A DNA stretch of 64,000 nucleotides from Hydrolagus affinis (lineage: Eukaryota), in assembly GCA_012026655.1 (NCBI GenBank), contig JAAILG010000672.1, forward strand, positions 1 to 64,000. Reading direction: 5' to 3'. Below the pieces are notes generated by a model, which saw only the letters and a program-made list of their open reading frames with translations, made no database searches and was not told the DNA's origin. The translations under genes and the position numbers were made by a program. Positions 23,601 through 38,600 of the stretch are shown here, piece by piece (position 1 is the first letter of the stretch; every line of letters begins with the position of its first letter).

Positions 23601-26600
23601 AAAGGAGTCATGAGAAAACAACATTCTGTTTCCTAGCAATAAGTTACCCTACACTCACTAATCAAACAATGTTTAAAGAAAGTGAATGGAACTCCTAAGC
23701 GCTGGATCCTTGACCACTTCCAGTTTCTGAAAAAGTGAAGTTACAAATCACTCTCTGTTTGCGTTTACCCTGAAAGCATATTTATTCAGCGAGTCTCCAC
23801 CAATTTATGGCGTGCTTGGGAGTACAGTCCAATGTAAATCACTCCATACTGTATAGCGAAACACTGATAAGACTCTTAGAGTGAAACAGTCTTAAGATTC
23901 CTGTCAAAGTTAAACCTGCTCTTATTATGGGCGGGGGAGAAAAGAGGCAATTACTGTACTGTATTTAGTTTTGTTTCGGAGGACTGCAATGTCACACTCT
24001 GTTCTTTACTGTGTCTTGCCTTGCCTCAAACAGTACAGGTAGCTTCACCTATTCACGGCAGGCTGTAGTACAGGATGGATCCATTCTGTTACCATAACAT
24101 TTCTACCACAACAGTAGAATGTGTTTCACCCTCAAAATACACAGTGTCTCCAGTACTTTATAATATATTCTTTGATGCACTTACGGGGGCGGGGTGGGGG
24201 GGTGGGGTTGTTGGAAAAGATATCACAGAACAGGAAAAAGTTTCACCGTTTTAGTATTATACAAATATAATTTGTTTGTGTTTTTGAATGGGGGAGGTAA
24301 TTAATAACACCAGTTAAATCGTAGCTGTAGGACTATTTAAGGTGGGGAAGGAGTCTGCCAGCGTCACTGATGGATTGTGAAAACCTTCAACATTTGATTT
24401 ATGCTGTTCTTTTATTTATTCACTTTCTGTACGTGGGTGGCCCATGACTGTATCCAACATCACAAAAAAATCTATACTTGGAGGAAGAGCAGAGAGTTCC
24501 CCTGAGAAGCTAGTGGTAGGCTCGGCAGTGCGCTGGAAATGGGATTTACCCGAAATTGGTTCTACCTCAAATACAGTGTACAGAGGCATCTGTTACCAGG
24601 CTGACTCAACGACCCACCCCACACACCGTCAAATAGATATCTTTTTGCTTGTGCTTAGTTGAAAAGATTGAAAGATTCCAACCGGATGGATTCAATTTGT
24701 AAACTGTTGGCCAACGAAGAAAGCAATGAGCTTACGTTCATGTTTAATTACTTGTAATTGGGTTAGTCACTCCATGTACTACTGGAGAACGACTTGTAAT
24801 AGAACAACAGCAGTGAACGTCACATCTGGATCTGTTCACTATAATTACAACTATTGTTCAACCTGGAGAAATGGGTCATAGTTTCACCATCCTGATCAAT
24901 CTTCTCACGAACACTTGCTGTGGTACTTATATTGGGCAGCAACTCCTTTTGGATGTGCAATCCAGATATTCTGGTTTGATTTGTTTAGCTGCTCCTCTGA
25001 TCAATATGGTGCAGTATTTTGTATTTCAGGAAGGATATGTTTAGGAAATTGGACACCCGCTGGCATTGTCACCTCCAGTTAAGCACATGCAAAATCCTGA
25101 ATAGAAAATATGAGGCGTGGTGATTATCTGATCATATGATCGGCACAGTTCCAATTTGTTTACTCATGTAATATCTGACATTTTCAATTACGTAACTGAG
25201 AAACATATCAGGCATGTTCACTCCCTTAAAGACTCCCAACTTGGCACGATTGTGTGCTCAAGGCAGGTATCACCCAAGAGATCAAGGCTATAGCTGACGG
25301 GACACACTATGATGCAGTGGGTGGAGGCTAAACAGCTAACACATTAAGAAACAGAAAAATTCCAACACTCCTCGATCCCACCCATGCAACACGGACTTCC
25401 TCATTCCAACCAAGCTGTCAGGGTGTGGATTCCAAGTACAGTACTTGGGAAACACACAAGAGAAAGGGTTGGACTAATTATGTGTACGGGTAAGGTTAGA
25501 GGAACCAGGCTACAGTCACGACACTATAGCTCTGTAACAGCATCCCATCATCAGCTGAAGGTCCTCTTCACAACAAGCTACGAGTGCACAGTCGTTAGCA
25601 TACAAATGTTCTTGCAGCATTTGTTTGTAGACGTTAGTCGTGCTCCACTGTTTGTAGACTGATCTCATAATAAGTGGTTGTCCATTCCTCCTCTTCAGGG
25701 ACACACACTTTGGGTCAGGAATGCACCTATGGGCTAAGGCCAGAATCAGATCCCGCTATTCCTCGGCTAAGTGCCTCGTAGCTCCAATGTTCTGTTCCTC
25801 TCCGCCAATCCTGATCATTTTTAAATCTGGATTTAAATGCTTAGTCGAGAACTGCCAAAACAATCACTTTTTGTTTGTTCTACATGACTCGGCAATCAGA
25901 TCAGATTCCCAACCAATTTGTATCAACGCCATCAAAATTCACCTATGATGATGGTTTCGCTGGCAGTCACTTTGCATTCAATTCCATGAAGCGATTCGAG
26001 ACATCCTTCCCACATCAAAATATGCTATACGAGATGCAAGGATTATTTATATTATTAAATTTGTTTCAGGAACTTATACAGACTGGGGTGTGGGGCGGGG
26101 GGAGTGGGGGTGGGGGGGAGCACAACAGTATGTGTACACAAAGAAATGCACATGGGCAAGTAATTTACAAGAAAATAATTCATGGAAACCTTCCTCGGTG
26201 CCTAGTTGCCATGCGCGATCCTACACTGAAGTGTCGTCAGGCTACGGGGATATATGATCACAGCCAAACTCAATCCTACTCTCACACGATATCTACACTA
26301 CTCTTTCCAGCAAGGTCAGTGCACTGGCATTCATTATTCTCTTCTCTGAAACAGAGGTGCTAAATCTATTTGTCAAGCCTCAAATGTTGTCGCAACTGTG
26401 AATCGGTAACTCTGGTCTGCTACACCTCGCAACTAGGCAGTTCTCTGTAATCCACCAAATTCTTTATATCCACCATTACCATCAACTCATCCATTGATGC
26501 CAGTAAACAAAAGTCTTCATCATGAAACGCATTCTACAAAGAGTTTAAAACCCAATCACGGAACAAAAACAACATTGACAATGTCTTCCAAAGCACAAGC

Positions 26601-29600
26601 AGAAACCATTGTTGCAGAGTCTATGAATCACATATGCAGGTACATGTACATGGACTTGTGAAAGAACACTCGGAACACACAATCAAAGGGCTAACATTCT
26701 TAGTTCACAACATTCAAGAGGTGAACGATCACCTCATCTCAATTCTCCAGGTGTAAATATTGGAATGTGGTTTGAATGGGGCAATGTTTTCTAACCTGAC
26801 ACGGTTCGAAAGCGACTTATAAAATGATCACTTCTCTCCGTCCCTGATGCCAACCTTCATCTTACCTCTTTAGCATCTTTAATTTTCACCAGGAAAGTCT
26901 TCAGCTCTGACGTTTCCACAAACAGTGCCCGGCAGACTGCTTGGTAATGTGCATTGGCCTCGTTAGGGTCCATTAAATGTGCTGCGCACACCCGCATGAC
27001 TTGTTCAAAAGTTCTCACTGAGCGTCGTGTGCTATCGCTCTCGTCCTCCTCCTCCTGCCCACTATAGCCCTCATCAGATGTCCCATTGCCGCCTTCCGAG
27101 TCACAGTTTGCCATCTGATCAATAAGCTGCTCCAACCGCTGACTGAGTTCCCTCTCTTCATTCTCCTCCAGACCCCAATCCAGTGCCCGGTAGATAGCGA
27201 ATCCCAGAGACTGAACCACCTGGAAGAGAGATGGAAACCATCCACAGGATTAGTGAAACCAATACGAAGCCCAATTTTTATTTTAAAAAAGGAAAGTCTC
27301 AGTCTCTAGACTGGCCCTCTCCCCCACCAATGACCAGTTTGATTGAAGAAGACCCTATCAGCGCATCTGATCTCATTCCTCTTGAATACCCACCCAACAC
27401 TGAATTAGGTTTTTACACTGCGTTACAGAAGGAATCTTGCTCACACAATGGGAAATATTTACAGAGGTTATAATAATAATAATAATCTTTGCATTTGATA
27501 TAGCGCATTATCATGTCTTCGAGACGTCTCAACGTGCCTCACAGAATGTATTGTAAAATGGACTCACTGGGTATTTTGTGGGCGAAACACAGTAGCCAAT
27601 TGTGCACAGTCATTGTATGCTGGATTCAGCTGGGACAGACAGTAATAACTAACAATAGTTTATGTTGCTCCTATCTAAGCACGGTGATGATGTGCATTGG
27701 CCCATAGGACCAGCCTGAAGGGAGGCTGTATACAGTGGCTGCCCACATTCAGAGCATTGTCAGCACAAAATAATGAGTCGGTTGCAGTGTTGCTAAGGCT
27801 CAGCAGCCGTACACAACAGTGTGCAAAAGGGGCCTATGTTCGGATTAACATATTTTCCTTGACTCAACACATTCTGAGAGTGTGGGTGTTCCAAGATTGC
27901 CAGCACGTCTCAACCAAGACGTGCTAGGAGCTCACTTCATTGAATAAAATAATGGCATGAAATAAGTTAAGCCAATAAGTCACACTTGTGGAACTGAACC
28001 AAAGAACCATCAGAACTAGATACAATTGGTTTGTTTTAAGCCTTAACATCATCTTTATTTTATGGAAGATGTGGTTTCAGGTAATGTTAATTTTATACAG
28101 TTCCGCAGGCAGAATCCAACCTGCACACTAAACCTTTTGCATTCCTGTAAACGGCTTTCAAGACCCACATAATATAACAGGCTGTTGTTCTCTCCCTTCT
28201 GAATGAGAGCCCTGTACAGTGGGCACAACAAATCCGGCTCCACAGATCAATATAATCATTTCATTTTAATACATGTGCAAATTACCGTTGAGGCTTCTTT
28301 GAAATACTCGCACCATTACAACAACATGGACCCAAGTCAGGCGTAGAGCTAATGGCTCAGTGTCTCTAACCAGCTTTACACCTTCAATCTTGATCGTTAA
28401 TTGAATTCAATTAATGACGTGCTCTGCAGGGAACAGGCTACCAACTTTCAATGGGACCGAGCAGGAGATGGCTATAAATAAACAGAACATTTGGTTTCAT
28501 CGGGTGTTCATACTTTAATGTTTTTCATAATCCATGAAATGCTAATAGGTTCAGATCCTTGAGAAGATTGAAGGCCTTTCTTGATTTATTGATTCTCCCC
28601 TCACCCAGCCACCCCCCACCATATATAACAATATGCATTTGCACAGTGCTCTTCATAAAGAGCAATGTCTCGGAGTCTGATGGGCTGGGAGGTTGTGGTG
28701 GGAGGCGGTCATAGACATGGTTGAAGAGGTAGGTTTCTCGGCGCCTTTCAAAGCTACAAGGTACAGTAATAGGAACGACCCTGTTCACTGGGGAACACAA
28801 ACTGACTTGCTGTGTTTCTTCTTCTTCAGTTCCCCCCCCCACCCCCCCCTTGGTTCCTCCAACGCCCCTCGCACTTAACTGTTGTGACTTACGAGTACCC
28901 TGACCCTGGCACCACTGTAATATTAATATCCATTGATTGCTGCTTTGGGTAGCTCCTAGAGAAGCAGAACTAATGCAAGCTGCTGTAATAAAGAAGGATT
29001 CAACTTCAATCTGCTGATAAATTTGGTTTCTTACCGAAAATGATCCACTTTCCCCCACCCACCCCCCCACCAAAAAATGAACCCTCTTTAAAATCTAACC
29101 TCTTTTCCCCACATTTCCAGCTCTGAAAACAAAACTAGATTTCAAAGTGACTTGCGAATACTGTGGTATTTATCCACTCTAATACTGGTACACTGTTCTG
29201 TCTGTGTGTGTGCAGGCTGTTGAAAGAATACCGTAGCTTTGCTGTAACAGGATAACCGACTCTCGGTTTTATTACCTCTGCAATGGATTCAATTCTCCAA
29301 ACCATTAGATCTCTTTACACAAAGACATCATTAGTGTGAGCTGGATAGAGGGGGATGGGTCCATCTCCATTTACTGAGGGGAACATTCACCAGAAGAGCT
29401 GATGGACTGATATTCGAGACGTCTTCTATTCACCGATAGCACTTGCCTCTATTCCCTCACATGTGCTGCCCACTCCCTCCACACAGAGACAGTCAAACCT
29501 TCTCTACTGACCTTGATTTAACAAAATTATTGAAATGATCGTTTAAAAATGGAAATGTATATCAATCAAAGGCTCACTTCTCCCCAAAGATCTACAACTC

Positions 29601-32600
29601 CAAAATCTTTTGTACAATATTATTGTTTCTTAAATGGGAGGTGTGTGTGCTGTGCGGGAGGGTGCAAAACTTAAATAATTACTGGCAAAACGCAGCCAAA
29701 CTGAGCACTAATTAAACTCTCATTTTCTGCTAGAAATAAGGTGTTAAGAATTCTCCAGATATCACTCACACCAAACAAAGCTATTTCAGGGCGGTTTGGG
29801 AATGCAGCAGGAGCGGGAAAAAAAGAATGACCTAAATTTGAGGCAGGTTGGTTTTATGTAGATTAAAAAATTTGCTCAGCTGTACAGAGCTAATAGCTTC
29901 TGCTCCACCAGACTCTTTCACTCACACACACACACAGAGATTTTAAACTGTTAAAAAAAACCTCTATCCCTATGTCCCCAGCTGATTAAAAATTCTTACA
30001 TATCAACGTAACTCTTCAATACTCAACAGATTTTTCTTTAAAATCATTCTGCAGATCCGTGATTACATTCGGCACGGTGCCTTGTCAAAGGACACTATTG
30101 TTTGATGCCAGCTTTATTGCTATTCTCTAGTTTACTGATATAAGTTACATTCAGATAAACATTAAGCTGCAGCATGGATTTCTGGACAGGAACAATGAAT
30201 GGCTCATTGCGGTGGTTCTGCTCCATTGAAGATTTGTATTTATTTGGGTAACTACATGTTCCCGGTTGAGAATCCAGAAGGTAGTCACCACATTACCTCA
30301 CCGCATACAGAAACCATACATGAAAGCCCCAAAGCCTTTGGAATCCACCACAAATCATTGAGTGAAGTGGAAAATGTATGTATTGGTGCAGCGAGGGGAG
30401 AGGGAAGGGTTTTGGCTATGCTGATCAACTGGCTAAGAGCTTGCAGTCTCTGCAGTAACAACCAATCGATGTAATTTTAAGCCGTTAAAAAAAAATCTTC
30501 CCCTACATCCCCAGCCTATTAAAAATTCTTACAAATCATTTCGACTTTTCAATACAGAAAACGTATTATTTGAATCTGGAACCTGCTGCACATTGAGGTG
30601 GTATTAAAATTGAACAGCTCTTACAAGCCAAATTGCTTCTGTTCATTCCAAAACATTAAGAAAGAATGGTTTGACAGGAAGTCCAATGGCAACTCTGATC
30701 TCTGATTCCCTGGGACTGACACCTGGGCTCTCTTGAGGGGTTGGTCATCAGTCATGTTTGAGATTGTCATTTCAATTTTAGGAACTTGTTCCCACAATAG
30801 TTTTTTTTTAAAATAAACCGTCAAAGCTAGTTGAGCGCTCACTTTGAATCCTAATGTTTTCGTATCCCTGCACTAAATAATCCTTACATTTGATTTAGCG
30901 GTTTTTCACGTCTTCTAAACATTTCAAAGCGTTTCACAGAATATGCTGTAAAATGAATTGACTGAATATTTGTGGGCAAAACATGGCAGCCAATTTTGCT
31001 CAGCAGTGTCCCACAAACAGTCGTGGACTGAAATGTCCAATTAATTTTTTTTAAAAAAAGGGGTAATAAGGAAACTTGCCCAAGTTTTCGCCCTGCCTGG
31101 CATTGAATCCAGGTCTCTTGCTTGCAAGGCGAGTGCTCTAACCACTGAGCTACAGGACTCCACTTATACCCTCTGGTCCTGCTGCCTTGATATCTTTGAA
31201 TGAATTGTTCTGGGTTTAACTTTCTCTATCCCATTAATTGCCTTATGCATTTTTACCCTCAGAGGTCTCTTTTTTTTCGAGCTTCAAAAGCCATAGTTTA
31301 TGTAGTTAAAAGTAAACATTGCTCTAAACAGAGCAATGCATTAAACAAGTCTCCACTGGGTGCAGTATTCAAGTGTTGATGAACTTAGGCTTTCCAAACA
31401 ACAACATTTTGCATTTATATAGTGCCCTTCACATGGGGTAGCGTCTTGGAAAGAGTAATTGTTTGACACAAAGGTACAAGTAAACTAATAATTACACACG
31501 ATTCTAAATTCTTTGGTCGGAAATACAAGGCTCAAAGACCATTGTATTTCACAGAAATGCAGTTGGCAACTGAAACAAAGGAAAGCTCACAGAAGATGCT
31601 TGTGCAGTTCTTACTTTGTTCCGGTACTTTGCTCCCAACGCACAGTTTTCAAAGTCTGTCTGCACAAGCCCTAGAGATAAATTATGTAGATGAAAGGCAA
31701 GCAACAGGAGCAAACTGACCGATGTGCCAAAGGCCAAAGGTCGCAGCATTTTTCTCAACTGTAATTTAAGAAATGCAGAGCCTAGTTGCGATAAAAAATC
31801 AAATCACTGATAAACGATCACCGATATTGCTTTGCCACCATAAATTCTCATTTGCACACATACCAGCGATTACTAACCAGATTATCCTTTCACGGTGACC
31901 CACAACATAGTTCACAGAGGTGATCTGCTCATGATTAAAAGACAAGACTCAAAAGAGACTCAAAAGTGCCTCAACAGTTTCCTGTTCATTGGCGCTTTAT
32001 CGCGCAGCTTTATTTTAATGTCCACTTGAGATTTATTATGCTGGTCACTTTTGTACTGCCGTGTTTTGTGTGAAAAAAATACATTCGATTCATTTTGATT
32101 TCAAAACCATCCTAGGTATATTTGACAATTCACGTAGGCTGCCTTTTTTTTAGTTTTAAAAATGCTTATTTCAATGAGTTTAAATACACGGCAGACAAAA
32201 GAAAGCGTTTATTTTAAGCAAATGTTATTCAATAGCTGAAGCAAGTGACCAGGAAGCGTGACTTGTTAATTTGTTAGTTCAAATGGTCTACAATGGTTGT
32301 GATCCACTTCAGACATAAATTGATTTGGCTCTTGGATTGTGATCACACTGTGACCACAAGAACTTACAACAACTTCGATTTATATAGCGCCCTCCACCCC
32401 GGACGGCGACTCAGAGCGCTTCACAATAGCGGATCCCGGGCCAGGGGCAGGGGAAGAAAGGTGACCAAAGGCGCGGTCAAAGAGGAAGGTCTTCAGCTGT
32501 GACCTGAAGCTAAGAGAGGGCGAGACGAAGGGAGTGAGGAAGGGAAGAGCCTCGGGGTATAGTGGCTGAAGGCACAGCAGCTGAGGGTGGAGCGGAGGAT

Positions 32601-35600
32601 TCGGGGGACTTGGAGGAGGCCAGACCCGGTGGAGCAAAGGCAACGGGAGCTGGTTTGAGGAGACAAGAGGTCAGAGAGGTAGGGGGGTGCAGAGGAGTGG
32701 AGAGATTTGAAGACAAGGGTGAGGATCTTGAAGTCGATCCTCTCTGGGATAGGGAGTCAGTGAAGTCTGGCAAGGACTGGGGTAATGGGGGAGCGAAGTT
32801 TGGTACGGGTGAGAACGCGGGCGGCAGCGTTCTGAATCAACAACAAGAACTTACAACAACTCTGATTCATATAGCGCCCTCCATGCCAGACGGCGTTTCA
32901 GAGTGCTTGACACCAGAGCGCTTGACACCTCAGTGACACCACTAACTAACCCGGCACCATTGACTACCTTACCTAATCAGCACAGTTAATGTTCCTAAAG
33001 AATACCAGCAGGCAGAGAGCTTATGAAATGCTACTTCTGCTTCCTGTGACGGATATATCCACAAACAAAATGCACTTGAGGTGAGATCAGCAAATAACAC
33101 GGTACAAAAAAAAATTCTCATCCCGATAAATGGTTACCTGCCCTATCTAATAAGCACCACCTTTAATCAATCCAGCCAGTGACACCTTTCAATTTACATT
33201 CTTGACAACAGGAAGAGTTGTTAAATCACATTGCTGGTTGCGTTCATTATTGTTACAAAGGTCCTCCCAAAGTGGACTAAAGCAAGATTTATTGATCCCA
33301 TAAACTGACTGAGGAATGCAGTGAATGCTGTGTCCATGTGTTATTGGAGTGAATGCAGAGCACTATAATTAACTCAGGTAAGTTTTCGGCGTCTACAACA
33401 CCCTCCTGACGTTAAAGGTGTTATACAAATGTATTTTGGTGTTGTTGCAGCTGTAATAGAGGCTTCCTAGCAACCACAACAAATGGAAGCAAAATAAAAT
33501 GGAATCAATAGTATTTGTCCAGGTTAGCTAGCTAACTTCCTCATCCTAATATTATATTATCTTCCAAATCCTGGCACAGGTCCCAGCCAGCGTCTGAGTG
33601 CTGGGAGACTATACGTACAGACTGAGTGTTTCAGTACTGTCACATACAAAACCCTTTTGTATCACCAAAGCAGCCAAAGTACTAGTACAGTACATGGGTT
33701 TAAAATAGATGACACTTTACAATCACTTATAGTCCTTGCATCTTATTTAACCACTGGCAATGAAGCCATGCAAAATATTCCATATTTTAGCAGCTCTGGC
33801 CTGCTCTACGTCCCCTGACCCATCCGCCCCACCATTGGTGGGCAAGCCTTTAACCATTCTGCCCCCAACCTTTGGAACTTCATCCCACGGTCACTCTGCC
33901 TCCCACGGTCACTCTGCCTCCCATCCTCCCTGGCCTCCTTCAATTCCCACCTCAATACTCTCTCTCCTCTTCAATGGTCCCATCGGCAACTCCTAATCCC
34001 CCACTTCCCTTCCCACCCTGTCCCCAGCTCGGGTCGGACACACTGACTGTCCAGCGCCTTGGGACGTCCTCCTGATGTGAAAGGCGCTGTACAAGTGTTG
34101 TTGCTGGTATCTCAGAAGGTTAGAGAGATTTTACAATGCTCATTAGTCCTATAGCAGCTAACATACTGCAGTCTTCTTTACTATCCAGCCCATTCAACTA
34201 GATTCTTCAAACTGAATATTTCCATCAATTGAGCAAAGGATGCATTATAAATTGCCTGAGTTTTGACTGGATGAAATTTATTTCAAAAATACAGCACAAA
34301 GGGTACACATACCTGACTTTCTGTGCACAGTCGGTGGGAAAATTTCATCTTGGTGTCTGAAAGGCAATTATAAATAGGTTACCAACACCAACAATGGTTA
34401 ATGAGCGAGTATCACAATGCCAGGATGACACTTCCCAATCAATTTCTTGCTAAAGTTCTTCTCCATTTCAAAAAGAAATCCAGTCGTTTTATAAATATGG
34501 TTTCATATAAGAGTATCTCTTCGTCGTTTCCCTGCACCTTTACCTGAAATACAGTGGTTGAGGTTATGGTCACTTTACCCAGAAATATTTCCTGCAACAA
34601 CTCTGCCAACAGTGACAATTAGTCCTCTGAGCATGTGTCAACCTCGGTCAGCCACACGCAGAGTTCAAGCGACTGTCTTAACAATTGTGCAGTGATGGGC
34701 TTGACTTTTGTCAAAGGGAAATTCAGCTTTTCCTGCTCATTGAGTTCACAAAGACAATGCTATGAAACAGTCAGTGACTTGTGTACAATAGATTAATATC
34801 TCATTCACCAAACTGCATTCTTCATTCATTATAGGAAAGACTATTTCCATCAACACAATTTCTGTCTGTTGCTTCCAGTGGAATATGCAGCAATATTATA
34901 CTATAAATAAACTAAAAACAGGTTTTGCTGAAATGAGATCTGAAGCTACTGCTTTCCTATCGCATTACTTAGATCACACACGAGCATTGATCAAGCCTTG
35001 TGTGGTCATTCAGACAAGTACATCGCGTCAACAGTATTGAGATGGAAATGAATTTGCTGCTTTAATAGAGGACAGAAAACACTGATTTTAATGTATTCAC
35101 AAACAGAGCGGAAGCATTTTGCTCCAGAAGGAATGAATTTATAATCTTGCTTGATAGTCATTAAGGTCTCCCTCACAAGTGGAATAAATTAAGTGTTCTA
35201 TTTTTCCTGGTGTGTAGTCTGTTTACATAATTTGTCTCAGTGCAAACCCTGTTGTATTTGATATTAATGAGTCCTACAAGGTCAGAGCGAGGCCCTATAC
35301 ACACCTCAATATCTTGCACAAGCTGTTTCTCTTTTCTAGACTACCAGAAAGGCTAACCTTTGCAACTGGTAGGTAAAGTTAGCGCTTCACATTCGTACCT
35401 ATACATAGAAGTTGCTAAATTATGTGACAGTTGCCGTGCAGAAAGGGCATAAAACTTAATTTCAGTTGTGTACAACAGTTCCGACTTTTGGTCCAACTGT
35501 TGCGAAACACTTCAAATACTGTGATTCACAAGATTACTGCAGTCGAGATGCATCTGTGTCGTGTGAGAAACATTACTTTGTTCTGAACAGTGACTTTGTG

Positions 35601-38600
35601 TTCACTGCACAAGAATTACCAGAATACTTGAAGCAAAAACAACACTTTCCTGATAATTACACTTCCTGAAGTATGTCAGCAAGTATCATTTGGATTTGAA
35701 CTGCTCGCCTAACTCATGAAAGCAGTTAAGCATTTGATGCCAGGGACATTGCTGTTAGTTTGAGGACAAAGGCAGTACTTTTTAAAATCTTTTCACTTCA
35801 TCTCCCGGGGTCCTGGCCAACATTTCCTCCTCACCACCACCCCCCGGTTAAAGATAGTTATTCACTTCATGCCTCCTTGGGGGACATTGCTGTGTGCAAA
35901 TTGGTTGCCACATTTGCCTACAAAATACACAAACATCACGTTTTGAGACATCCTCATGACATGAAAGCCACTATCCCAAATGCAAACATTATCATTGTTA
36001 TCATTGTCATCACAACTTTAGTTGAAAACAAATAGAAAAAGGAAGAGACTATACTTTGTATCTGATACTCACTATTTAACACAATATATTATCACTTTCA
36101 CAGATCGTGCGGTTCATTAACATTGTTTACAATGGAGCTAAGCAAATTTTGTGACCTAATTATAAAAATATGGGTCACAAATGCATTGCTTTAGTTGGTC
36201 CCAAATTAATCCTATGCAGGCTCCACATAAATATATTACAATCTTCTGGTTACAGCAGCATATCACCAAAATCTGCTGGAAACCTCACTCTAATAGTCAA
36301 ATAAGCTCAAAAGTCAATTCCACATGCTTACACAACATTTGGTAAATAAATGCAATCGGTTTAATAAACCATGTGTGCAAACCCCATTTCAACCAGACAT
36401 ACTGAACCGCGCACAATCTTGCTTTGTTTGATGCTCCATTTCATGGTAAACTGGTATATTCTAACCTCTGTAATTTAGTACTGTACAAGGGTGAGACTAA
36501 ATGAAACACAAAACAGCAGCTGCACTAAACTTGGTTACCGATACCGTATGATTAAACTTGAAAAACAGGTAGGGAGTGATCAGTACTGTACAACAATAGC
36601 ATAAAGCTGCAATCAACGTGTTTATAGTATCTACCTCCTGAACAGATGTACAGTGACTGAAACGCCAGGTTTTGTCCCTTTTCAGTTCTCAAGGCTTATT
36701 CACAGAATAAAACTGTGGTGCAATTCCTTGACATCTCCCATTTATACGCCTTGAGGGAACAGTTACTTGGTAATTACTGTATTTGTGCTTTATTTCAAGA
36801 AACATTACAAACAGCGCAAGGGACACTTTAAGACACCCTACCCATTATAAGCGAGCTGACTGGCCACATCTGAAACATTCTTGCAGGATGACATTCCCAA
36901 GACTTTCTTGTTCCTGAACAATACTAAACTCCAGTGTGTGTCGAAACGCATCAATATTGCCTCTGTGTGACAGCACGGACAAAATTGAATCTTAAATTAG
37001 TTGGCAAGTTCTGAATGGAAAGTGTGGCCTACCCAATGCAATGGGGTCACTGTTGCAAAACATTTGAATGCAGCAGATTCACCTCTTTATGATAATAAAG
37101 CTTTTTTTTGGGGGGGGAAAAAGTCACGGTTTGATTTTCTTCTCAGTTCCCCTCGTCTTTTCAACCCGTGTGTAGCCATGTGAAGGTGACTGTCAATCTG
37201 CTGTGTGGGCAAGTGTTGGTGTGATTCTTGCACTGTTTGGGAAATGTATTGAGCAAAGGCAATAATTAAATAATTCACATCATTCAAGCACGTCAATGGT
37301 TGAGAGTGGTGATGGTACAGCCTTGAAACAGGTTAATGCTGATCAAAGGAACACGCTAGATGTGTGAGGATGGAGTAAAACCAACATAGGTTGGGGAGGG
37401 AGGAACTGCCAAGCAAATGACTGAGTTGTGTACTGTACTAACGTCATTACTCATAGTGAAATATGTAGCATTTGTACTTTGGATCAAAGTTGTAGCCTAT
37501 TCATTAGAACTGTAATTCGTGGATGGGAAAGGAGTGGTTTAACTGAATAAGAGCAAGATAGAAAGTAAGCAAATATGTGGGATAACAGTGTTTGAGATCA
37601 CTCGGGAAGAAATTACAAGACATCAGTGATGGGGGAAGAGAAGGGAGAACAAATAAATATCAATGCAGCAATGACTCACACTAGCTATTGTCAATACTCA
37701 ACTAATTCTAATCTCTTGTAAACCAGGTGGTCAAAATAATAAACCGGTTATGCTAAAGACTGAAAATTTGTTCCACTGTCTACATCCCCTATTGAACAAA
37801 CACTAATTGAGGCTAGTTCTGTGTAGGTGTGCACATATGCAAACAAGCACAGTAGTAATATAAGGCTACATTGGCAGGCAGAGAATCCTTATGTTAGGAG
37901 GCATTGTATAAATTACAGCTGGAAATATGTAATAAAGTTAGACATCAAACGCTTCCTGCCTCAACTATATGAACATCTCAGTTACAATACACAGGACAGC
38001 CGCTCCCTTAGCCAGTCATTGTAACAGCTTCCATTTGCAGGTTGCAAAACCCCAAAACGTGTGACATCGACTGATGAAAATATGTGAAAAGGAAATGAAA
38101 AGAATAATCCATAAAAGGTTTTTAGTTAATATGCTGAGATCTTGACCGATCCACCCCAACACTGGGGCATGAGCCTAGAGTTATTCTGCTCACCACCCCC
38201 CCCACCCCACACCAACCCAGGTACCTAGATTCTCCCCCTCTCCTCCCCGCTTTCAATACCTGCATTGGATCACCACCCCACTCCCCCAACTTGGGCTTCC
38301 AGGCAAGAAGGTCTGACACTGACATCCTCCTGCATTGAAAAGTACTACGTACATAAAAGCAAATTGTTGGTGAATTATTAGTGCTTTGTGTTGCCTTTCA
38401 ACATGCAACAAGATTTGCTCTGATCTCTTCGCTGAAAATGTTAACTTTGGAAGAAGTAGGAGCGTTGCCAATCACTGTGTTGTGCCAGAGGAATTAAAAC
38501 TGTACCCGGGATGTGACTGAAAGCTGATTAAAAAACAACTGATGCCTAGTGATTGTGTCCTGCATTCCTGCTTCTTTCGGCCACGAATATTACATCTTTA

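Noticed and set aside
28893-28955. 63-nt minus-strand exon-like block (ctctag ... gtaagt) and the surrounding 182-aa ORF
   Set aside because: It stops after 10 codons in the required phase and has a weak pyrimidine tract; the long ORF is low-complexity. Compatible with chance.
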